Assembly (NCBI GenBank): GCA_051382335.1 | Contig: JBBCAX010000084.1 | Coordinates: forward strand, 23,206-87,205 | Source: Deltaproteobacteria bacterium TL4 | Lineage (GTDB): Bacteria > SAR324 > NAC60-12 | DNA: 64,000 bases | Direction of reading: 5' to 3' | Shown here: positions 55,615 through 64,000 of the stretch, piece after piece | How positions within the stretch are numbered: the stretch's first letter is position 1 | How the letters are laid out: the number at the start of each line of letters is the position of its first letter | Program-made: the position numbers and the translations under genes | The notes under the pieces: model-generated | Seen by the model: the letters and a program-made list of their open reading frames with translations, nothing else | The model's database searches: none | Told to the model about the DNA's origin: nothing

Positions 55615-56835
55615 TCATTCCACAACAAGCCGGTGGTAATGTTTTTTGCCTGCTCGGAGCAGAATCTCCGCGTTTTGAAGGTGGACTTCAGTAATCTGAA
55701 AAGGATCCTTTTCTATGCGTTGATCATTGACATAGACGCCGCCTTGCGCAAGGAGTCGGCGTGCTTCGCTTTTAGAGTGGCACAGTCCGACTTCCAGATA
55801 AAGGGTGAAAAGGTCAATCCCCTCGTGAAGACGTTGTGGGGATATTGAAGTTGTAGGAACGTCTTCAAGGGTTCCTTGCCCTCCGAATAAAGCTTTGGCT
55901 GCTTGTTGTGCTTTTTGGGCTTCTGCGGTTCCATGCGCTAAGCTTGTGGTTTCAAAAGCGAGGCGTTCTTTTGCTTCACGGATTTCCGCACCTTGCAAAG
56001 AGCCTAAGGTCTCAATCTCTGTCATTGGCAAAAAGGTGAACAGTGCTAAAAACTTTTTGACATCCGCATCATCGGAATTCACCCAATATTGGTAATAGTC
56101 GTAAGGCGATGTTTTTTTCGGATCAAGCCACACTGCTCCTTTTTCAGTCTTTCCCATTTTCTTTCCGGAAGCGGTAGTCAGCAAAGGGTAGGTCCAACCA
56201 TAAACTTCCCGCTGCTCCAGGCGCCGCACCAAATCAATACCTGAAATAATATTCGCCCATTGATCATCCCCGCCTAATTGCAAGACACAACCAAAGCGTC
56301 GATATAATTCAAGAAAATCATAAGCTTGCAACAGTTGGTAGTTAAATTCCAAAAACGAAAGCCCTGTTTCCATACGAGCTTTGTACGTTTCAAACGATAA
56401 CATTCGATTGACAGAAAAGTGGCGGCCAATATCTCTCAGAAATTCGATATACTTTAAAGGACACAACCAGTCCGCGTTATCAACCAACACCGCGCCTTGA
56501 GCAAAGTCCAAAAAGCGCGCCAGTTGAGGACGCAGGCATTGGGTATTTTCCCGTAACTGTTCTTCAGAAAGCATTTTACGCATTTCCGTCTTTCCACTAG
56601 GATCTCCAATCATGGCGGTTCCGCCACCGAGCAAGGCAATGACCTGATGTCCTTCACGCTGAAGGTGAGCTAAGCCCATGATGGGGATCAAATGTCCCAC
56701 ATGGAGAGAATCTGCGGTAGGGTCAAAGCCAGTATATCCGCAAAGAGGTCCTTCTTGCAGTTGAGCTGCAAGAGCTTCTGGATGAGTGACTTGTTGGAAA
56801 AAACCACGTTGTTTGAATACGTCTAAAATGTTCAC
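55615..56835 (-). CDS. tyrS: Tyrosyl-tRNA synthetase
   Basis: HIGH-type motif LHVGHL, KMSKS-type motif KMGKT and a C-terminal S4 domain (RRLLAQGGVYVND). Confidence 0.95.
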   Translation of the reverse strand: MNILDVFKQRGFFQQVTHPEALAAQLQEGPLCGYTGFDPTADSLHVGHLIPIMGLAHLQREGHQVIALLGGGTAMIGDPSGKTEMRKMLSEEQLRENTQCLRPQLARFLDFAQGAVLVDNADWLCPLKYIEFLRDIGRHFSVNRMLSFETYKARMETGLSFLEFNYQLLQAYDFLELYRRFGCVLQLGGDDQWANIISGIDLVRRLEQREVYGWTYPLLTTASGKKMGKTEKGAVWLDPKKTSPYDYYQYWVNSDDADVKKFLALFTFLPMTEIETLGSLQGAEIREAKERLAFETTSLAHGTAEAQKAQQAAKALFGGQGTLEDVPTTSISPQRLHEGIDLFTLYLEVGLCHSKSEARRLLAQGGVYVNDQRIEKDPFQITEVHLQNAEILLRAGKKHYHRLVVE

Positions 56836-57623
56836 GAGTTTGCCTTACTTTGAGAAATATAATCATTTAATCGTTGGTAAATTTCATCACAAATTTCAAT
56901 CGAAGCCGACTTGCGGAGAAAATCGCTGGGATTGATTCCACAATAATCCACTCCGGACAGGTGTCGCCATCGTCCGGCTCGTTGGGGTTCATCAAGTCGG
57001 ACAGGCGTTGTACAGCGGTTACAACCAATCGTCGGATAGCCTTGATCATGCAACGGATTAATGATGGTATCTTCTTCCTTGATGTACCGTTGGTATTGTT
57101 CTTCGGGTAAATTGGCCATCGGATTGATACGAATCACCTTCATTATGGGATCTAATCCCAAAATAGGAACATTGGCACGACGTCCCCCTTCACCTCGACG
57201 CAAAGGCCCCAGTAACGCATCACAATCCTTGTAGACTTCCAAAAGCGGTTCGACTTTCCGCATGTGGCAACATTGCTCCTGTCCTGCATGATTGAGGTAA
57301 AGTGCTCCATATTGTTTATATTGTTCATACATGGTGAGCTTGGGAGTGAAACGCCTTAAGGGGAACTGATAGGCGTGACTTAAGGCTTCAACGGTTTCTT
57401 GAGTTTCCTCAAACAAAACACCCGTATCCACAAAAAATAAATCCACCTTGTATCCTGCTTTTGCAACAATTTTAGCGAGGACCGAACCTGCTTTTTGGCC
57501 CGAGGTCAACAGGGCGACACGAGGAATCATGGAAAAGGTCCACGTTAAAAGCTCTTCTGTGGATTTATTTTCCAACATTTTATTGATGGGAATCAGATCT
57601 TTTTCAAGGAGAATCGCTGACAT
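56832..57623 (-). CDS. cysH: CysH-family reductase, APS-reductase type (Fe-S cysteine pairs)
   Basis: PAPS_reduct fold. CC..RKVEPL and TIGCNRCT are the cluster-binding Cys pairs of assimilatory APS reductases, and RAGRW...YCGIN replaces the ECGLH tail. The stop overlaps the tyrS start by 4 nt. Confidence 0.75.
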   Translation of the reverse strand: MSAILLEKDLIPINKMLENKSTEELLTWTFSMIPRVALLTSGQKAGSVLAKIVAKAGYKVDLFFVDTGVLFEETQETVEALSHAYQFPLRRFTPKLTMYEQYKQYGALYLNHAGQEQCCHMRKVEPLLEVYKDCDALLGPLRRGEGGRRANVPILGLDPIMKVIRINPMANLPEEQYQRYIKEEDTIINPLHDQGYPTIGCNRCTTPVRLDEPQRAGRWRHLSGVDYCGINPSDFLRKSASIEICDEIYQRLNDYISQSKANS

Positions 57624-57715
57624 GATGCAATATATTCATTATGAGAATAAACAACTGTAGAACAGGGGGCAGGCTATACGGTTTTATACGGATATACAAG
57701 TTTTTTACAGGACCG

Positions 57716-59542
57716 TTATGGAACAGACAATCCGGTTTCGGTTTTTTTCAATTCTGACAAAACCGCCTTGCCTATGACGGTATCAGCAAGAGGCCTTGTC
57801 AATTCACCCAGAATATCCATTTGTCGTTTGAGTGCTTGCGGATCTTCCCCTTGTGCCGCATGTCTCACGATTTCAACTTGTTTTTGAATGGCGGTTTGCT
57901 GCTTTGCACTCAAGAGTTCCTGAGCCATTTTCCAATGATCTTCAATGCCTTTAAACACCCGTTCTGCGGCTTGACGAAACTCGATCAACTGGCGCACATT
58001 AAAATCGTCAATGGCATATTCAAAGGACTCTTCAATGATGCGGTCAATTTCTGCTCGTGTGAGTCCATGAAAGGGAATGATTTCAATTTCTGTTTGTTGT
58101 TGACTACGCTTTTCCAGCGCCGAAACCTTCAAGATTCCATTGGCATCGACTTTGAAAGTCACTTCAACCAACGGAAGTCCTGCGGGCATTGGAGGAATGC
58201 TTCTCAGTTTAAATTGACCCAAGCAGCGGCAATCTTTCACCAACTCCCGTTCTCCCTGGTAAATATTGATATCGATGGCGGTTTGATTGTCAACTTGAGT
58301 GGTAAAAAGTTCACTGGCTTCTGTAGGAATCGTCGTGTTTTGAGTAATGAGTTTACTGAACGTTCCGCCCAGCGTTTCAATCCCTAACGATAGTGGAATC
58401 ACATCCAAAAGAATAAAGTCACGACGTCCCCCTGCTAACAAATGACCTTGAATGCCCGCACCAATGGCAACTACTTTATAAGGATCAATAGCCGCATGAG
58501 GTTGTTTTTGAAAAAAACGGGCCACTTGTTGACGGACATACGGAATAACGGTTGATCCTCCAACCAGCACAACCTCGCCAATTTCGTCAATGCCCAATTT
58601 GGCTTCCTTTAAAGCATGTTGGCAACTATGTAAGGTTTGTTCCACTAACGGATGAATCCGTTGATTGAATTGAGCCGCAGTCAAAATACCGCTGAATGAC
58701 CGTCCTGATAATTCCAACTGATACGCTGTTTCTTGTGTGAAGCTGATTCTTTTTTTGATATCTTCAGCGGTCTGTTTTAATAACTGCTGCGAATACGCAT
58801 CATCAAATCGGATTTCGGGGGCGTCACGGAGTATGCGTGCTTTCAATTCCTCAGCAATCACATTGTCAAAATCATCTCCGCCCAAATGGGTATTTCCATG
58901 CGTTGACACCACTTTAAACACTTTTTTAGATAATTTTAAAATGGAAATATCAAAGGTTCCGCCTCCTAAGTCAAAAACAGCAACATAGCCATCTTTTTTT
59001 TCATCCAGTCCATAAGCAATGGCGGCAGCCGTGGGTTCGTTGATAATACGCGCGACCTCCAACCCTGCTATTCTTGCGGCATCGCGGGTTGCTTGGCGTT
59101 GAACGTCATCAAAATAAGCAGGTACGGTGATGACTACTTTTTTTACAGGCACACCGAGACTTTGTTCGGCTCTCTGTTTTACTTTTTTTAAGATTTCAGC
59201 GGAGATTTCCTGGGGCGTGTATTCTCTTCCCTGGACGGAAACCTTAACCAATTTGCGCTGGGCGGCCACGATCGTATAAGGAAGGCGTTTGATGTCTTCT
59301 GTCAACTCTGAAAGATCACATCCCATTAATCGTTTCACGGAAAACAAAGTATTTTTTGGTGAGGACAGTCGATAAGGCAAGGCCTCTTCGCCAACAATCC
59401 ACGCCTGTCCCGTATGATGAAGCACAGACGGGGTGATTGGATTTTCGCCCGCGATACCTATTACCTCAGGTCCGTCTTCAAAAACTGTTGCCGATAAACT
59501 ATTTGTTGTCCCCAAATCAATACCAATAATTCTTTCTTCCAT
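57716..59542 (-). CDS. hscA: Fe-S cluster assembly Hsp70 chaperone HscA
   Basis: [18 protein letters not shown], a 608-aa length and a position directly after hscB. Confidence 0.9.
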   Translation of the reverse strand: MEERIIGIDLGTTNSLSATVFEDGPEVIGIAGENPITPSVLHHTGQAWIVGEEALPYRLSSPKNTLFSVKRLMGCDLSELTEDIKRLPYTIVAAQRKLVKVSVQGREYTPQEISAEILKKVKQRAEQSLGVPVKKVVITVPAYFDDVQRQATRDAARIAGLEVARIINEPTAAAIAYGLDEKKDGYVAVFDLGGGTFDISILKLSKKVFKVVSTHGNTHLGGDDFDNVIAEELKARILRDAPEIRFDDAYSQQLLKQTAEDIKKRISFTQETAYQLELSGRSFSGILTAAQFNQRIHPLVEQTLHSCQHALKEAKLGIDEIGEVVLVGGSTVIPYVRQQVARFFQKQPHAAIDPYKVVAIGAGIQGHLLAGGRRDFILLDVIPLSLGIETLGGTFSKLITQNTTIPTEASELFTTQVDNQTAIDINIYQGERELVKDCRCLGQFKLRSIPPMPAGLPLVEVTFKVDANGILKVSALEKRSQQQTEIEIIPFHGLTRAEIDRIIEESFEYAIDDFNVRQLIEFRQAAERVFKGIEDHWKMAQELLSAKQQTAIQKQVEIVRHAAQGEDPQALKRQMDILGELTRPLADTVIGKAVLSELKKTETGLSVP

Positions 59543-59644
59543 GTCTACCGTGACTTACCGAAAATAAAAAAATAAATTGAAAATAAATACTCATTAGGAT
59601 TATTTGCCTTCCCGCTTGAAAACCTGTTACGAGGCGAACACCAT

Positions 59645-60283
59645 TTATGCTAAAATCGCAGTACATCGCTCTATAAGTCTTTTTAAATAACGCTCCGTAT
59701 TCAGTTGTGTTTGAATTTGTTGAAGATCCTCTGAGGCAAAAGACACCTGGCCTTCTCTTTTAGCAAAGAGGGGCCCATATAGAGTTTGGCATTGTTGAAG
59801 GCGCTGTTGGAGATCCGCTTGAATGGTGTTAAGGGCGGACTCAGCCTGATCAGTTTCAGTGAGTTCCTCAATACGTTCCTGCAAAGCAAACATTTCTTCC
59901 AAAAATCCTTCTGGCAGTTGGCGTTCATTCAAAGACGACCCGTGAGCTAACCTGGAAAGTGCATAAGCGGCACGAGAACCAGGATCTCTCAAGGTGTCAT
60001 AAGCCTGATTCAGTATAGCGGACAGGTTCACGCTGTGCCGATGATCTTCAGCGGAGGCGTTGTGATAAAAATCAGGATGCAACTCCGCCACTAACTGTTC
60101 GTAGATGCTTTCCAGCTTATTTAAGTCAATATCATAATGAACAGGTAAACCAAAAACCGTAAAGTAGTCGGGTTTTGCTTTCAAACGCTGTAAATGGTTA
60201 CAAGAAAAACAAAACAGTGATGACATCAATGCGGTTTGACATCCTGTGCATTGTAACTTTTTTGATATCTGTGCTCCCATCAC
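59645..60283 (-). CDS. hscB: Fe-S cluster co-chaperone HscB with an N-terminal tetracysteine module
   Basis: C-x2-C-x10-C-x2-C (CTGCQTALMSSLFCFSC) precedes the J domain (DYFTVFGLP...ELHPD), which is followed by a helical C-domain. Confidence 0.8.
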   Translation of the reverse strand: MMGAQISKKLQCTGCQTALMSSLFCFSCNHLQRLKAKPDYFTVFGLPVHYDIDLNKLESIYEQLVAELHPDFYHNASAEDHRHSVNLSAILNQAYDTLRDPGSRAAYALSRLAHGSSLNERQLPEGFLEEMFALQERIEELTETDQAESALNTIQADLQQRLQQCQTLYGPLFAKREGQVSFASEDLQQIQTQLNTERYLKRLIERCTAILA

Positions 60284-60306
60284 ACATCCTTATTGAGTTT
60301 GATATT

Positions 60307-60690
60307 TTAAGTTTGCCGTTTTTTATAATCTAAAATTGCAGCTTTAATCGCGTCTTCCGCTAAAACGGAACAGTGAATTTTAACAGGGGGCAACGAAAGT
60401 TCTTGAACGATATCCGTATTTTTGATGGTTGACGCTTCCTTCAGGGTTTTCCCCTTTACCCATTCTGTCGCCAAAGAGGAGGAGGCAATTGCCGATCCGC
60501 ACCCAAAGGTTTTAAATTTTGCGTCAATAATGGTTTGAGTGACTTCATCAACTTTGATTTGAAGCTTCATCACATCACCACACTCTGGTGCTCCCACTAA
60601 ACCGGTTCCCACATGCTCATCATCTTTTCCAAAACTTCCAACGTTTTTGGGGTCATTGTAATGATCAATTACTTTTTCACTATATGCCAT
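60307..60690 (-). CDS. iscU: Fe-S cluster scaffold IscU
   Basis: VIDHYNDPKNVGS, GAPECGDVMKLQI, FKTFGCGSAIASSS and LPPVKIHCSVLAEDA. Confidence 0.95.
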   Translation of the reverse strand: MAYSEKVIDHYNDPKNVGSFGKDDEHVGTGLVGAPECGDVMKLQIKVDEVTQTIIDAKFKTFGCGSAIASSSLATEWVKGKTLKEASTIKNTDIVQELSLPPVKIHCSVLAEDAIKAAILDYKKRQT

Positions 60691-60737
60691 CTTTACCTCT
60701 TCTAGTATGTACCCTTAAAATGGGAAAAAGTTTTATT

Positions 60738-61952
60738 TTAATGAGACGCCCATGTAACTTTACTCAAATCCACTCCCTCCAACACCATTTCGTATAGCGG
60801 GGACATTTCACGCAAGCGTTTCACCGCATCAATTACTTTTCTTGAGGTGTAATCAATTTCTTCAATCGTGGTAAAACGTCCCAACCCAAACCGAATTGAA
60901 GAATGCGCCAGTTCATCACCAACGCCTAAGGCTCTTAAAACATAAGAAGGTTCCAGGCTTGCGGAGGTACAGGCCGATCCTGAAGAGACACAAATATCAT
61001 TAATTCCCATGATCAAACTTTCACCTTCAACATAAGCAAAACTTACATTAAGATTTCCCGCAAGCCGATGAGTGGGATGTCCGTTGATGTAAACATAATC
61101 CAGCTCGCTCGTCAATTGGTCATACAAGCGCTGACGTAACTGGACTAAACGTTCGGACTCCGATTCCATCTCTTCTTTACAAAGTTCAACGGCTTTTGAA
61201 AATCCAACGATCCCAGGAACATTTAACGTCCCAGAACGCATACCCCGTTCATGTCCTCCTCCATGCATGATGGGGGCAATTCGAACTCGAGGGCGTTTCC
61301 TTCTTACATACAGTCCTCCAACTCCTTTGGGACCGTAGATCTTATGAGCACTCATTGATAACAGATCAATATTCATCTCGTCAACATGAATGGGAAACTT
61401 GCCCACTCCTTGAGTGGCGTCACAGTGAAATAAAACCTCTTTGGAGCGTGTGATTGCTCCAATTTCTTTCAAAGGATTTAAGGTCCCAATTTCATTGTTA
61501 GCCGCCATCAAGGAAACCAAAATCGTATCCTCCCGAATGGAGTCTTCCAGTTGCTGTAAATTAATGCACCCATATTTATCAACATCAAGCAGGGTCACTT
61601 CAAAGCCTTGCTGTTCCAAATAATGACACGGATCGAGTACGGCCTTGTGTTCAATAGGAGAGGTGATGATGTGTTTTCCCTTGTTCTTTAAAAACTCAGC
61701 AACCCCTAATACCGCAAGATTGTCTGATTCGGTAGCGCCACTGGTAAAAATAATTTCTTTTGCGGACGCTCCAATGATCGACGCAATAATGGATCGGGAT
61801 CGCTCAACGGCTTCTTCAGCTTTCCATCCATGAGCATGATTTCGGCTCGCGGCGTTTCCATAGATTTCCGTGAAATAGGGACTCATGGTTTCAAGCACAC
61901 GAGGATCGACAGGGGTCGTTGCCTGATAATCCAGGTAAATGGGTAATTTCAT
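60738..61952 (-). CDS. iscS: Cysteine desulfurase IscS
   Basis: [15 protein letters not shown], the PLP lysine context [10 protein letters not shown] and the active-site loop SSGSACTS. Confidence 0.95.
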   Translation of the reverse strand: MKLPIYLDYQATTPVDPRVLETMSPYFTEIYGNAASRNHAHGWKAEEAVERSRSIIASIIGASAKEIIFTSGATESDNLAVLGVAEFLKNKGKHIITSPIEHKAVLDPCHYLEQQGFEVTLLDVDKYGCINLQQLEDSIREDTILVSLMAANNEIGTLNPLKEIGAITRSKEVLFHCDATQGVGKFPIHVDEMNIDLLSMSAHKIYGPKGVGGLYVRRKRPRVRIAPIMHGGGHERGMRSGTLNVPGIVGFSKAVELCKEEMESESERLVQLRQRLYDQLTSELDYVYINGHPTHRLAGNLNVSFAYVEGESLIMGINDICVSSGSACTSASLEPSYVLRALGVGDELAHSSIRFGLGRFTTIEEIDYTSRKVIDAVKRLREMSPLYEMVLEGVDLSKVTWASH

Positions 61953-61958
61953 AAGGTA

Positions 61959-62378
61959 CTAGCCTCCTAAGCTTGTTGAATGGTGAGGACTAATCAAAGT
62001 TGCCAAAGTTGTGGATTCCATAAACTCACGAATTTTGGTATGGAGCGCAATCAAGGGGCCCTGAGTCGGACAATGCTTTACCTTACACTTCTGGCCCTGA
62101 TGAGCACATTCCACTAAAGTGAATTCATTATCAACCACTTGAATAATTTCCGCGAGAGTGACCTTTTCAGGCGGACGATTCAAACTATAACCTCCACTTT
62201 GGCCCCGTTTTGAAACAATCATTCCTGTAGCGGATAATTGCTTGAGAATATTCGCAACCATTGATTGTGGTAACAGGTACTTTGTCGCAATCTCTTGTGC
62301 ACTTACAGGGACTGCACTGCACCCCAGATGCGAGAGCAGTATGATTGCATAATCTACTTTTTTTGATAATTGAAGCAT
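61959..62378 (-). CDS. iscR: Rrf2-family Fe-S cluster regulator IscR
   Basis: MLQLSKKVDYAIILL.., a wHTH, then a Cys-containing region (ECAHQGQKCKVKHC). It is the first gene of the isc string. The ATG at 62378 is preferred over the TTG at 62387. Confidence 0.8.
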   Translation of the reverse strand: MLQLSKKVDYAIILLSHLGCSAVPVSAQEIATKYLLPQSMVANILKQLSATGMIVSKRGQSGGYSLNRPPEKVTLAEIIQVVDNEFTLVECAHQGQKCKVKHCPTQGPLIALHTKIREFMESTTLATLISPHHSTSLGG

Positions 62379-62422
62379 AGCCGCCAAGTTGTTAGTTAAT
62401 CCGTTTATTGTTCCTTTCTAAT

Positions 62423-62447
62423 AAATAGCACTCGTTTGGTACTATTT
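62423..62447 (-). promoter_or_regulatory. Candidate IscR operator embedded in a sigma-70-like promoter
   Basis: The minus strand reads TTGAAA-17 nt-TATTTA. The 25-nt AAATAGTAC-CAAACGA-GTGCTATTT (9-nt arms, 8/9 complementary) spans the spacer, 36-60 nt upstream of the iscR start region. Confidence 0.4.
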
Positions 62448-62511
62448 CAATATAAAAATGAGATTGAGTGCTAATAAGATTAACCATTCAAATCAATTTT
62501 CAACAATCATT

Positions 62512-64000
62512 TTACGGTAAATCAAAGCAGCGCCTTGTCCGAAATAACAACAGAACGGAAAACATAAATAAACAAATAAGAATTCCATGAATCCACTCTT
62601 GAAACTCTCGATAAAAAGAGTAGTGCTGCTGTAACGTCAAGGTTTGAATCAACGCGCCCTTTTCAAATAACTCCAGTGACGTTCCTTCTGACTGTCCCAG
62701 GGCGTTGATGTAAAGGCTTCGGCCATTGTTAGAAACTAATAAAATCGGGATGCGATTTTCAATCGCTTTCCAACGTACCGCAAGTTCCATATGAGCACTC
62801 GCATTACTTTTGCCAAACCATGCCAGATTACTCAGGTTAATCACAAGCTCTGCGCCATTCCTTGTCATATTTCTGATAATATCTTGCGAGAAAATATCAA
62901 AACATATCGTACTGGAAAGACGATGATTTTTTGAAAGTTGAAATACCGTATATTCTGTTCCACGATTAAATTCGGAGAGTGCGGGGACATTTTTTCTCAA
63001 CCAATCGGCATAAAAAGGAAAAATAGTCGCGGCAGGAATGTATTCGCCAAAAGGGATCAGAAAAATTTTATTATAACGCCCTTTAACTTTTCCATCGTAT
63101 CCAATTAATACGGAAATTCCATATTCTTGGTACACATTCGGGGCAAGTTCATCCCAGTCGGCAGACGCGAGTAAAATGTGAGTTTTATGGAATTTCGCAA
63201 AATATTCAACTTGTTGACGTACAAAATCTTCTTTGAAATAAGGGAACGAATATACCGATTCAGGCCATATCAGTAATTTCGGAAGATCTGTGTTTTGGGG
63301 AAACTGAGAAATCGCCTCCAAGGAATCTTGAATTAAAGACCACATCGTATTTTCCCTGTTAGAATACGCAAGTTCAGGATTGGACGCTAAATGTTCCAGG
63401 GAAAAATTTGGCTGAAGCGCCGCCACATGCAGTTTCTTTTCTTCCGGCTGAATGGTATCCAGCATGTTCCCCCTAAGGCTTCCATATCCTAACCCAAGGG
63501 TCCAAAGTGCCGTATAAATACCAACCGCCACCATCACTTCCCGTTTTGACGCATGATTTTTGTCTACTTTCCCGCGCCAAAACAACAGCAGCATGAAACT
63601 GAAACCCAGGCAATAAACACCTAACCCCGCAGCACCAACAAGATCCGCAACTTGAGCTAACCAGGGAAATTGATTAAAAGTCAGTCCTCCATAACTCCAT
63701 TGAAATATTTTGGGATAGAAAGGCTCCAGCATTAACACAAAACTTAAACGAACAAACAATTCGTAGACTCCCTTGTGTTGAATACACCATGCGGGCAACG
63801 CAAACAAAACCAAGAGATTCAAAGAAATTTCCAAACCGTATCCCAACGCCGCAACGATTAGAGCTAAAAACCAGGGAAAATGTCCAAAGACGTGAATCGA
63901 ATGAATCATCCAATGGGCACCAAGCCCTGCCGCCAGGGAACCAGCGCTCCAACATGTGAACCAGAAATAGAGCAGTTTTCGTTTCTGGGAGTAAGCAGCG
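62512..64000 (-). CDS. lnt: Apolipoprotein N-acyltransferase, 5'-partial (start lies beyond the window end)
   Basis: Multi-TM N-terminus plus a CN-hydrolase domain (LLIWPESV, KIFLIPFGEYIP). The frame remains open from the ATG at 63909 to nt 64000 (..LLYFWFTCWSAGSLAAGLGAHW|MIHS..), reading like a further TM segment. Confidence 0.85.
   Translation of the reverse strand, partial: AAYSQKRKLLYFWFTCWSAGSLAAGLGAHWMIHSIHVFGHFPWFLALIVAALGYGLEISLNLLVLFALPAWCIQHKGVYELFVRLSFVLMLEPFYPKIFQWSYGGLTFNQFPWLAQVADLVGAAGLGVYCLGFSFMLLLFWRGKVDKNHASKREVMVAVGIYTALWTLGLGYGSLRGNMLDTIQPEEKKLHVAALQPNFSLEHLASNPELAYSNRENTMWSLIQDSLEAISQFPQNTDLPKLLIWPESVYSFPYFKEDFVRQQVEYFAKFHKTHILLASADWDELAPNVYQEYGISVLIGYDGKVKGRYNKIFLIPFGEYIPAATIFPFYADWLRKNVPALSEFNRGTEYTVFQLSKNHRLSSTICFDIFSQDIIRNMTRNGAELVINLSNLAWFGKSNASAHMELAVRWKAIENRIPILLVSNNGRSLYINALGQSEGTSLELFEKGALIQTLTLQQHYSFYREFQEWIHGILICLFMFSVLLLFRTRRCFDLP

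Noticed and set aside
1-64000. tRNA, rRNA, tmRNA, RNase P and SRP RNA genes.
   Set aside because: By-eye scanning of all intergenic gaps found no GTTCGAATC/GGTTCRANYC T-arm motifs, no GAGGAAAGTCC (RNase P) and no tmRNA or SRP signature strings. A proper tRNAscan/Infernal run is still needed, so this is absence of evidence only.

Overview
This is a 64-kb chromosomal segment from a diderm bacterium. The envelope genes support that: a DUF1302-like OMP, Lnt, lipoproteins and a MacAB-type efflux system. It looks moderately AT-rich by eye, and I cannot assign it to a named species. I count about 52 protein-coding genes, densely packed, mostly on the minus strand and mostly housekeeping: glpK, ugd-dapD, gpmI, two tandem cyclophilin-parvulin PPIases, an acyl-CoA dehydrogenase, mrp/apbC, macA plus a split macB-like ABC pump, mdh-sucCD, priA, guaB, tsaC-lepA, tyrS, an iscR-iscS-iscU-hscB-hscA cluster and lnt. 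Both window edges cut genes: the OMP gene at the left and lnt at the right. Signalling content is high: an ECF sigma with a ZAS anti-sigma, two hybrid histidine kinases, a receiver-RsbW-like kinase convergent with a STAS protein, two membrane PP2C (SpoIIE-type) phosphatases and a PilZ protein. I saw no rRNA, tRNA, CRISPR array, integrase or transposase. Accessory content is limited to small islets: hicBA, a DUF433/DUF5615 pair with a frameshifted toxin, an acyl-CoA-dehydrogenase gene relic and a ParB-like nuclease gene. Each islet lies next to an unusual nested-palindrome repeat, and two of the repeat families occur as one full palindrome plus one solo arm elsewhere in the window. The most unusual coding features are:
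- an 807-aa MurI-like racemase fused to a PMI-type cupin module, overlapping priA
- a 552-aa membrane-anchored orphan whose start overlaps hicA
- a roughly 200-aa repeat insertion inside the parvulin domain of one PPIase paralogue
- an HscB with a tetracysteine N-terminus

No single compact novel multi-gene system stands out to me. All family calls come from motif recognition by eye, with no database search.
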